This document shows positions 41,467 through 48,750 of a DNA stretch of 64,000 bases, one piece after another. The stretch's first letter is position 1. Each line of letters begins with the position of its first letter. The notes beneath the pieces are model-generated. The model was not told where the DNA came from, did not search any database, and saw nothing but the letters and a program-made list of their open reading frames with translations. The stretch is from assembly GCA_002304945.1 (NCBI GenBank), contig DBPQ01000106.1:19270-83269 (forward strand), given 5' to 3'. Made by a program: the position numbers and the translations under genes. Source of the stretch: Actinomycetales bacterium UBA1416. GTDB lineage: Bacteria; Actinomycetota; Actinomycetes; Actinomycetales; Actinomycetaceae.

Positions 41467-43265
41467 GGCGTGAAGGGCCAGGCGAGCGGGATCACCACGA
41501 GGGCGATGACGAGCCAGGTGGCCAGGAGGGGGAGCCCGAATCTCCAGTAGTCCCCGAAGCGATAGCCGGCCGGACCCATCACCATCATGTTCGCGGGGGT
41601 GGCGATCGGGGTCAGGAAGGACGAGGATCCGGCGACGGCCACGAACATCAGCACGGGGGCGGGGGAGATACCCGTCTCCAGGGCGGCGGCCACCGCGATC
41701 GGCACCACGATGAGCACGGTGGCGGTGTTCGAGATGATCTGCCCGAGGGAGGCGGTCAGCAGGAAGAGCGCGATGATCAGCAGATACGGCGAACTGGTGC
41801 CCACCGCCGCGAGCAGCGCCCCGGCGATGAGATCGGCGGCACCGGAGGACGAGATCGCGGTCGACAGCGGGATGAGGCCTCCCAGGAGGACGATGGTCTG
41901 CCAGGACACGGCCCGGTAGGCCTGCTGCGGGCTGACCACCCGGAACGCCACCATGGCACCGGCGGCCGCGAGGCCGGCGACCGCCGGGGGGACGGCGCCG
42001 GTGGCCAGCAGCACCACCATCGCCCCGAGGATCACCACCGCCTCGACGGCGCGCGCACCGAAGGGCACAGCCTGGCGGCGCACGCGATCGGGGGAGTCCG
42101 TCACGAGCACGTCGCGATCGTCGACGAGGGTGTCGATGATGGCCCACGGGCCGTGCAGCAGCAGGGAGTCCCCCTCCGTCAGGACGGTCTCCCGTGAGCC
42201 ACGGTCCCTGCCCATGTGGCCGACGGCGAGGATCACGATCTCGCCGAGGCGCACCATGCCGGGGAACACCCGCTCACCGACCAGGGGGGAGCGTGGCGGG
42301 ACGACCACCTCGACGACCCCCATCTGCTTCGTCACCAGCCCGTCGGCCGTCACGGGGCGCATCCCGACGCCCAGGCCGTGGGACTCGGCGAAGGCGATGA
42401 CGTCCCCGGCCGGCCCCGAGATGGCCACGGCGTCACCCGGCGCGAGCACGTGGTCACTGCCGGCAACCGAACCGGACCTGGATTGGAGACCGAGCACGGT
42501 GAGGGACGGCGGTGAGACCGCCAGGGAACCGACGGTCGTTCCCACGACCGGCGAGTCGGCCCGGACTCGCAGCCGGTAGAAGCCGTCCTGGAGGGCGTAG
42601 TGTCCGGCGAGCGTCCTCGCGTGCCTGCTCAGGTCGGACAGCGCGGAACCCGGTGCCCGCCTCGGGAGCAGGCGAGGTCCGGCGAGGACGGCGAGCAGGA
42701 TGGTGGCGGCGAGGAGCGGGACGCCGAGGATGGCGAACTCGAAGAAGCCGAAGGGTTCCCCGCCCGCCCCCGCCAGGGCGTCGCTCACGATCACGTTCAC
42801 CGGGCTGCCCGAGAGCGCGAGCAGGGAGCCGGCGTGCGCGGCGAAGGCGAGCGGCATCAGCATCTGGGAGGGGTGGTGATCGTGGCGGAGCGCGACGATC
42901 ACCACCATCGGGAGCAGGGCGGCCACGGAACCATTCGGGCTCACCACCGCGGTCAGGACCCCTGCGAGCACCATGAACGCGACGAGGAGGCGACGCCGGC
43001 CGGTGCCCGCACGGTCCGTGATCGCCTGGCCAGCCCAGGTGGTGACCCCGGTGGCGTCCAGGCCCTCGCTGACCACGAACAGAGAGGCCACGAAGATGAC
43101 CACGGGGTCGCCGAACCCTGCGAGCGCCTGTTCCACCGGGAGCACTCCCGTGAGGTACAGCGTGAGCGCGGTGCCGACGGCCACGACCCCCACCGGGAGT
43201 CGGTTCCACACGAACAGGGCGACGGCTCCGGCCAGGATGAGCAGGCTTGTGACCGCGGGATCCAT
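41463..43265 (-). CDS. SLC13/DASS-family permease with two central TrkA-C (RCK_C) domains
   Basis: ORF 41463..43265. Two RCK_C-like inserts (YRLRVRADSPVVGTTVG..., VVEVVVPPRSPLVGERV...) between the transporter halves. Confidence 0.9.
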   Translation of the reverse strand: MDPAVTSLLILAGAVALFVWNRLPVGVVAVGTALTLYLTGVLPVEQALAGFGDPVVIFVASLFVVSEGLDATGVTTWAGQAITDRAGTGRRRLLVAFMVLAGVLTAVVSPNGSVAALLPMVVIVALRHDHHPSQMLMPLAFAAHAGSLLALSGSPVNVIVSDALAGAGGEPFGFFEFAILGVPLLAATILLAVLAGPRLLPRRAPGSALSDLSRHARTLAGHYALQDGFYRLRVRADSPVVGTTVGSLAVSPPSLTVLGLQSRSGSVAGSDHVLAPGDAVAISGPAGDVIAFAESHGLGVGMRPVTADGLVTKQMGVVEVVVPPRSPLVGERVFPGMVRLGEIVILAVGHMGRDRGSRETVLTEGDSLLLHGPWAIIDTLVDDRDVLVTDSPDRVRRQAVPFGARAVEAVVILGAMVVLLATGAVPPAVAGLAAAGAMVAFRVVSPQQAYRAVSWQTIVLLGGLIPLSTAISSSGAADLIAGALLAAVGTSSPYLLIIALFLLTASLGQIISNTATVLIVVPIAVAAALETGISPAPVLMFVAVAGSSSFLTPIATPANMMVMGPAGYRFGDYWRFGLPLLATWLVIALVVIPLAWPFTP

Positions 43266-43274
43266 GCGGAGTCC

Positions 43275-43583
43275 TCAGATGCCCTGGAGGATTCGTGCCT
43301 TCTGAACCTCGAACTCGATCTCGGTGAGCACGCCGGCCGCCTTCAGTTCACCGAGCTGCTTGAGCTGCTCGATCATGGTGGCGGTGTCAGGCGGTGCGGG
43401 GGCCGCCACCGGGGGCAGTGGGGCGGGCGCGGGTGTGGCGACAGGCACCGGAACGGGGGCCGGCGCCGGCGCCGCATGCTGGGCGGCCCACTTCCCCTGC
43501 TGCCTGGCGGCCGCCCTGCCGTGGGCGCGGGTGGCGGTGGACGTGATGACCGCGGTGCGCGCGGCCGTCCTCAGGAGGCTCAT
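43275..43583 (-). CDS. SHOCT-domain protein
   Basis: ORF 43275..43583. Basic N-terminus, a PAPAPVPVPV linker, and C-terminal MIEQLKQLGELKAAGVLTEIEFEVQKARIL, which is the SHOCT motif. Confidence 0.8.
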   Translation of the reverse strand: MSLLRTAARTAVITSTATRAHGRAAARQQGKWAAQHAAPAPAPVPVPVATPAPAPLPPVAAPAPPDTATMIEQLKQLGELKAAGVLTEIEFEVQKARILQGI

Positions 43584-43604
43584 TCTTCTCTCTCTCCAAA
43601 CTCG

Positions 43605-44024
43605 TCAGTCGTCGTCCCCGAGGACTGCGATGAGGTCCAGGGGGTCCACATGGGCCGAGGTGACGATCCGGGCGCCGCCGGCCTCGATCGCGTCGGCCAA
43701 CGGCATGATCCACACGTGCTCGAACAGGAGCACTCCGGCGAGGCTCCCGGGCTCGACGACCTCGCCGACGAAGGCGACGTCGTCGGGATCCAGGAGTCCG
43801 GAGGAGGCGCCCTCGAGGAACGCGAGTTCCGATCCGGCCACCGCATCGGCGAGGTCGACGAGGGCGACGCCACCCTCGGCGTCGCGGCGCACGAACTCGA
43901 GGTCGAGGACATGGATGATGTCCCGCTCCACGAGGTCGAGGAGGGTGGCGAATCCCTCCGGCCGCAGTTCACCGCGGGGGAACTCGATGACGAGCACGTC
44001 CACGGGTCCGAGCCTGTCGGTCAT
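43605..44024 (-). CDS. soluble DUF6325-like protein, a TM-less paralog of the DUF1269 protein
   Basis: ORF 43605..44024. Both halves align by eye with the two soluble segments of the gene at 44418..44909. Confidence 0.8.
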   Translation of the reverse strand: MTDRLGPVDVLVIEFPRGELRPEGFATLLDLVERDIIHVLDLEFVRRDAEGGVALVDLADAVAGSELAFLEGASSGLLDPDDVAFVGEVVEPGSLAGVLLFEHVWIMPLADAIEAGGARIVTSAHVDPLDLIAVLGDDD

Positions 44025-44025
44025 G

Positions 44026-44421
44026 TCACTCCTCCTCTGTCAGGGTGAGGCCCGTCGCGTCACCGATGGTCAGGGTGGTGCCGTCGACCGAGAGGGTGGG
44101 GGAGGACGTGAGGAGGGCCGTGAGCCACTCGTCCTGTGCCATGAGGGCGTCGTCGCAGGCCATGAGCGTCGAGGCGAGCTGCTCGGCCTCGAGGGTGCCG
44201 CCGTCCCACTGCGCCTCGCCGAAGATCGTGTTGCAGCCCGCGTTCGCGGAGACCTGACCGTCCTCGAACGCGAGCGTGATGGCACTGCCCTCGACGAGGT
44301 CGTGTCCCCGCACCTCGGTCGCGGTGAAGGTGCGCCCCTCGAGGTCGGCCGACCCGCCCGCACATCCCGTCAGGGCGAGGGAGAGGACGGCGATGGCCGC
44401 GGGCGCCCGGAGGGAGCTCAT
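44026..44421 (-). CDS. META-domain (HslJ-like) lipoprotein
   Basis: Internal ATG 44421 of ORF 44026..44715 (MSSLRAPAAIAVLSLALTGCAG has a lipobox). ...GCNTIFGEAQWDGGTL...MACDDALMAQDEW. The start overlaps the upstream stop (ATGA). Confidence 0.8.
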   Translation of the reverse strand: MSSLRAPAAIAVLSLALTGCAGGSADLEGRTFTATEVRGHDLVEGSAITLAFEDGQVSANAGCNTIFGEAQWDGGTLEAEQLASTLMACDDALMAQDEWLTALLTSSPTLSVDGTTLTIGDATGLTLTEEE

Positions 44422-44909
44422 GCCTCGGGGGAGGAGAGGTCGGCGGCGAGCTCCTGCTCGTCCGCCTCGGACAGCGAGGTCTGGAGGACCGTTCCACCGA
44501 ACGGTGCGAGCGCGGCGGCGAACTTGTCCTCGGTGATCTTGCGGGCCATGACGACCACGGCCGCCTTCCCGGGCTCCAACATGGCCTGCACCCGGTCGCG
44601 GAAGGCACGGTCGATCCCCGACTTGGACAGCCGTCCGCTGACGGCACCCATGAGGCCGCCCATCGCGAACCCGAACACGGGAACGAGGAACAACAGGCCG
44701 AACAGCATGCCCCACAGCGCGCCGGAAGCAGCCGACGCGCCGACGATACGTCCGGGCGTGTCCACGTGCTGCTTGCCGTCGTCGCTCACCTTCACGACGG
44801 CGAGGCCGCTCAGGTCGACGACGAAGTCACGCTGGAGCTCCAGGACCCTCTCGTAGGCGCGGGTTGCGGAGTCGTGGTCCTCGTACCCCAGGATGATCAG
44901 TTCTGACAT
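44418..44909 (-). CDS. DUF1269-family membrane protein (glycine-zipper TM insert)
   Basis: Internal ATG 44909 of ORF 44418..44966 (MSELIILGYEDHDSATRAYERV...). The central segment GASAASGALWGMLFGLLFLVPVFGFAMGGLMGAVSG is the TM insert. Confidence 0.8.
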   Translation of the reverse strand: MSELIILGYEDHDSATRAYERVLELQRDFVVDLSGLAVVKVSDDGKQHVDTPGRIVGASAASGALWGMLFGLLFLVPVFGFAMGGLMGAVSGRLSKSGIDRAFRDRVQAMLEPGKAAVVVMARKITEDKFAAALAPFGGTVLQTSLSEADEQELAADLSSPEA

Positions 44910-44988
44910 GTCGTGCTCCTTCGTCCCTGTGGGACCCCCCGGACGGGCGGTCGGCCGATGACTCACTGTGGCTCCTGCCGCCGTGCGG

Positions 44989-45015
44989 GTGGATCACCCG
45001 CAACGGGTGATCCAC
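44989..45015. promoter_or_regulatory. perfect 12-3-12 palindrome GTGGATCACCCG caa CGGGTGATCCAC (copy A)
   Basis: No mismatch over 24 paired positions. It lies 80 nt from the DUF1269 start (minus) and 50 nt from ATG 45065 (plus). It shares its core with 38232..38250. Confidence 0.65.
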
Positions 45016-45064
45016 GCTCCGGATCGCTCAGTGACGATGACAGTCCCCGACGAACGGCCACACC

Positions 45065-45598
45065 ATGGCACACCCCGCTCCACACGCGACCCTGGAGGTG
45101 CGGATCTGCGCACGGGGAACGCTGCCGGAATCCGCTCGCCGCGAGCTCGCCGGCTTCGACGAGTGGTGCGACAACAGCCACGTGGTGCTCCGCGGCGAGG
45201 TGGCGGACCTGCCCGCCATCGTCGGGGTGCTGGAGCTCCTCCGCCGGGCGGGTCTCCACATCCGGGACGTCGAACTGGTGCCACTCGGAGGATCACCGGC
45301 GTCCGGGACGTCCAGCGCAGTCGCGCGCATCGCATTCCTCGGGAACGTCTCCGAACTGCTCACCCTCGTCATCGACGGCGCCCGCATCGCGGAGACGCCT
45401 GCGACCACCACCGTGGAGGTGGCCCTCCCCGACGACACGGATGCGCTGTTCGAGCTTCTCGCACACGTCGAGCGCCTCGCACTCGACATCGTGGAACTCC
45501 ACGTCCGGCCTGAACGGGGTTCGAGGAACGGCCGGGGAGGGCCTACACTGGAGGAGGTCAGGGAGCACGTCAGTGAGGCTCCCCGCTCTCCCGGGTGA
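45065..45598 (+). CDS. hypothetical protein made of two tandem ~65-aa beta-alpha-beta modules
   Basis: ORF 45065..45598. The modules ATLEVRICARG...VVLRGEVADLPAIVGVLELLRRAGLHIRDVELVP and ARIAFLGNV...TVEVALPDDTDALFELLAHVERLALDIVELHVRP align with each other. Confidence 0.7.
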   Translation: MAHPAPHATLEVRICARGTLPESARRELAGFDEWCDNSHVVLRGEVADLPAIVGVLELLRRAGLHIRDVELVPLGGSPASGTSSAVARIAFLGNVSELLTLVIDGARIAETPATTTVEVALPDDTDALFELLAHVERLALDIVELHVRPERGSRNGRGGPTLEEVREHVSEAPRSPG

Positions 45599-45604
45599 GG
45601 CTGC

Positions 45605-48280
45605 GTGGACAGGTCCAGCAGGGTCTCGTCGCTCTTCGACGCACGGCTCCGTGTCCCGCGACCCCCGGCCAGCCACGTTCAGAGGCGCCGGATCACCGAC
45701 CTGATCGACCATCGGACCACCGCGGCGCAGGTGACACTCGTGACCGGCGGCGCCGGCTCCGGCAAGACCCTCGCCGTGGCCCAGTGGGCACTCGGCCGTG
45801 AGGAGGCGGAGCGGATCGCCTGGCTCTCGCTCGACCGGAGCCTCACCAATCCGGCGCGGCTCTGGCGTGGCATCGTGCGCGCGGTCCGGGACGCGAGTGA
45901 CATCGCAGAGCCACTGGTCGTGCCGGACGTGGTCGACGAGGAATTCGTGGAGTCGTTCGTCGACTGGGTCGCTCCCGCAGAGGTCGTGCTCATCCTCGAC
46001 GACCTCCAGGACCTTGACGGATCCGAGGCGTGGGACTCCCTCGACCACCTCCTCAGGCTGATCCCACGCAGGCTGCGGCTCGTCCTCATCGCGCGGCACG
46101 ACCCGCCGCTTCTGCTGCACCGGCTCCGCCTCGCCGGTCAGGTGGGCGAGATCCGCGCCTCCGACCTCGCCTTCACACACGAGGAGGTCGGCGAGCTCCT
46201 GAAGGACCGTGGTCTCGACCTCCTGGAGACCCAGGTGGGAGTCCTCCTCGAGATGACCGAGGGGTGGCCGGCGGGGCTCCGGCTCGCGATCATGAGCCTG
46301 GAGTCGGCCCCCGATCCCGTCTCAGCCGTCGCGGAGTTCAGCGGGCACCAGGCGCTCGTGGCCGGTTATCTCGTCGACGAGGTGATCCGCGGCCTCGGGG
46401 AGGTGCGCGCCACGTTCCTGCTCCGTACATGCGTCACGGACCAGGTCTGCGGCCCCCTGGCGCGCGCCCTGACCGCGGACAGGTCCTCGGCGAAGGTGCT
46501 GGAGGAGATGGCCCGGGACAACGCCCTCGTCACCGAGCTGCGCGACAGTGGCTGGTACCGCTACCACCCGCTCATGCGGCAGATGCTGCGGGCGCGCCTC
46601 CATGTGGAGAACCCCGAGCTGGAACGGGAACTCCACCGCACCGCATCCGCCTGGTACGAGAGCCGCGACGAGTGGAGGTCCGCACTGGAGCACGCGGTGG
46701 CCGCGGAGGAGTGGGACCTCGTCGGCCGGCTGACCCTCCGTTCCGCGGCCGTGCTGCTGTTCTCCGCGGACCGATCGGCCCTCGCCGCGCTCTCCGACCG
46801 CGTCCCGCTCTCGGTCGCACACCGCAACCCCGAACTGTTGCTGAGTCTCGCCCTCGCGGCCTTCAGCCGGCGGGAGCACGAGATCGAGACCGCCCTGGTG
46901 GCGAGCGCGAACACGCTCGTCGGCGAGCTGCCGGAGCCCCGGCGTTCCATCGCACAGCTCAACCTCCACGTCCTGGCAGCCATCTCGGCACGGCGGGCCG
47001 GCAACGCCAGCGAGATGGCCGACCACGCCGCCGCGGCTTCCCGGATCGTTGAGGAGCTGAGGCCGGAGGACGCTCCCGGGTGGGTGGCCTACCGCGGTGC
47101 CCCCCAGGCGCTCGCCGCCATCGGTGAGGTCTGGTCCGGGCGTCCCAGCCACGCCGAGGCCCTGCTCCTGGCGGCACTCTCCCAGTCCGACCGGTCCCGC
47201 TTCGAGGGATACGCAGCCGTCTACCACCAGGGACAGTACGCCCTGGCCGAGGTGGTGCTCGGCAGGATCGCCTCCGCGCGCGCGATCGCGCTGCGCGCCC
47301 TCGAGACGGCGGAGCAGATGGGCGCTCGGTTCCGCGTCGAGGCGGGCGCCGCCTGGCTCGCCCTGGCGGCTGCGGAGGTGCAGCGGGGCGATGTCGCAGC
47401 GACCGGCCGCGCCCTGGACTTCTGTGCGCTCGCAACCGACAGCGCCCGAGACCCGTTCGTGGCCGTGGGCCTTGACGTCGTGGCTGTGCGGCGCGCGCTC
47501 CTGCTCGCGGACGTTCCGGCCGCCCGACGCCACCTCGGCGCCATCCAGCGGCGCCTGGTGAGCCATCCCGGGATGCGCCACGTGGCGCGCCTGCACCTTG
47601 CGTTGTCCGCCGAGACGGACCTCGCCGCCGGTCTCACCCAACGCGCCCGGGCCCTCCTCGCAGCGGTGGATGCCGATGAGCCCCGGGACAGCGAGCCCGA
47701 CGACGGCGAGCCCGACGTCCTCGCGGTCCCACGGGCTCGGGTCCTCCTCGCGACCGGTCACCCGGAGGATGTTCGTCCGACCGTCGAACAGATGCTCGGG
47801 GCCGGGGGGACGGTGGGCGGCGAGGCCTGGCTGGTACTCGCGCTGGCCGAGGACCGCCTCCGCCGAGATGCCGCCGCCGGCGAGGCCTTCACGCACGCAC
47901 TCGACCTGGCCGCGGCGGAGGACGCCGTCCTGCCGTTCCTCCGGCCGCGGGACAGGTTGGGCGGGCTGCTGCGCCGGCACCTCGACGTGGTCGGCACCCA
48001 CCGTGGGTTAGTGGACCGGATCCTCGCAGTGGGCAGCGACACGGATCCCGGCGGGGATGTCGCACTCGAGCCCCTCACCGACCGTGAGGTGTCGGTTCTC
48101 GTCCACCTGCCGACCATGAGCTCCAACGTCGAGATCGCCGATGCGCTCGGAATCTCGGTGAACACGGTGAAGCAGCACCTGAAGGCCATCAACAGGAAGC
48201 TGGGCGTCTCCAGCCGGCGGGACGCCGTACGGGTGGCCCGGCGGTTCGGCCTGATGCCCGCCGCCGCACCGCCCAACTGA
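45605..48280 (+). CDS. large ATP-binding LuxR-family regulator (LAL / MalT-like)
   Basis: ORF 45605..48280. Walker A VTGGAGSGKT, a long helical-repeat body, and the C-terminal LuxR HTH LTDREVSVLVHLPTMSSNVEIADALGISVNTVKQHLKAINRKLGV. Confidence 0.9.
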   Translation: MDRSSRVSSLFDARLRVPRPPASHVQRRRITDLIDHRTTAAQVTLVTGGAGSGKTLAVAQWALGREEAERIAWLSLDRSLTNPARLWRGIVRAVRDASDIAEPLVVPDVVDEEFVESFVDWVAPAEVVLILDDLQDLDGSEAWDSLDHLLRLIPRRLRLVLIARHDPPLLLHRLRLAGQVGEIRASDLAFTHEEVGELLKDRGLDLLETQVGVLLEMTEGWPAGLRLAIMSLESAPDPVSAVAEFSGHQALVAGYLVDEVIRGLGEVRATFLLRTCVTDQVCGPLARALTADRSSAKVLEEMARDNALVTELRDSGWYRYHPLMRQMLRARLHVENPELERELHRTASAWYESRDEWRSALEHAVAAEEWDLVGRLTLRSAAVLLFSADRSALAALSDRVPLSVAHRNPELLLSLALAAFSRREHEIETALVASANTLVGELPEPRRSIAQLNLHVLAAISARRAGNASEMADHAAAASRIVEELRPEDAPGWVAYRGAPQALAAIGEVWSGRPSHAEALLLAALSQSDRSRFEGYAAVYHQGQYALAEVVLGRIASARAIALRALETAEQMGARFRVEAGAAWLALAAAEVQRGDVAATGRALDFCALATDSARDPFVAVGLDVVAVRRALLLADVPAARRHLGAIQRRLVSHPGMRHVARLHLALSAETDLAAGLTQRARALLAAVDADEPRDSEPDDGEPDVLAVPRARVLLATGHPEDVRPTVEQMLGAGGTVGGEAWLVLALAEDRLRRDAAAGEAFTHALDLAAAEDAVLPFLRPRDRLGGLLRRHLDVVGTHRGLVDRILAVGSDTDPGGDVALEPLTDREVSVLVHLPTMSSNVEIADALGISVNTVKQHLKAINRKLGVSSRRDAVRVARRFGLMPAAAPPN

Positions 48281-48316
48281 CCGCTGCTCGTCCCATACGA
48301 GGAGGATGCTGGTGCC

Positions 48317-48748
48317 ATGAGAGATCGCCCCGCCCTCGTCCTCGGGCTCGTCGCGGCCCTGGTCGCCGTCCTGGCGATCGTGGCCGCCGTGGTGGCCGGG
48401 ACCCGGGAACACCCGGCGCTGGACGCCGGCACCCCTGACGGGGTCGTCCAGCTCTACGTGGTAGCCCTCTACGACGGCGACGACGCCACGGCCGTGCAGC
48501 ACCTCGACCCGGCGCTCGGTTGCACCGACCCCCTCCCGGAGCGCTACCTGGCCGGGACCGCCCGGATCGGCGTCGCGGCCACGACCGTGACCGGGGACCG
48601 TGCGACCGTCGACCTCCGTATCGAGGAGGGCGCCGGACTCGACACCTGGTCCCACCGGGAGACCTTCACCCTGCGGCGCGACGGCGAGACCTGGCTGATC
48701 ACCGGGCACCCCTGGCCCATCTACGAGTGCGAGAGGTGGGTCGACTGA
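48317..48748 (+). CDS. N-terminally membrane-anchored small protein with NTF2-like (DUF4878-type) domain
   Basis: ORF 48317..48748 with GAGGAGGA upstream. One TM span, then GVVQLYVVALYDGD...TVTGDRATVDLRIEE...FTLRRDGETWLITG. Confidence 0.75.
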   Translation: MRDRPALVLGLVAALVAVLAIVAAVVAGTREHPALDAGTPDGVVQLYVVALYDGDDATAVQHLDPALGCTDPLPERYLAGTARIGVAATTVTGDRATVDLRIEEGAGLDTWSHRETFTLRRDGETWLITGHPWPIYECERWVD

Positions 48749-48750
48749 CC

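Noticed and set aside
45605-48280. STAND/AAA NTPase as an Avs-like antiviral sensor
   Set aside because: It has a C-terminal LuxR HTH and MalT-like helical repeats, with no nuclease or other effector domain. It is a transcription factor of the LAL class.
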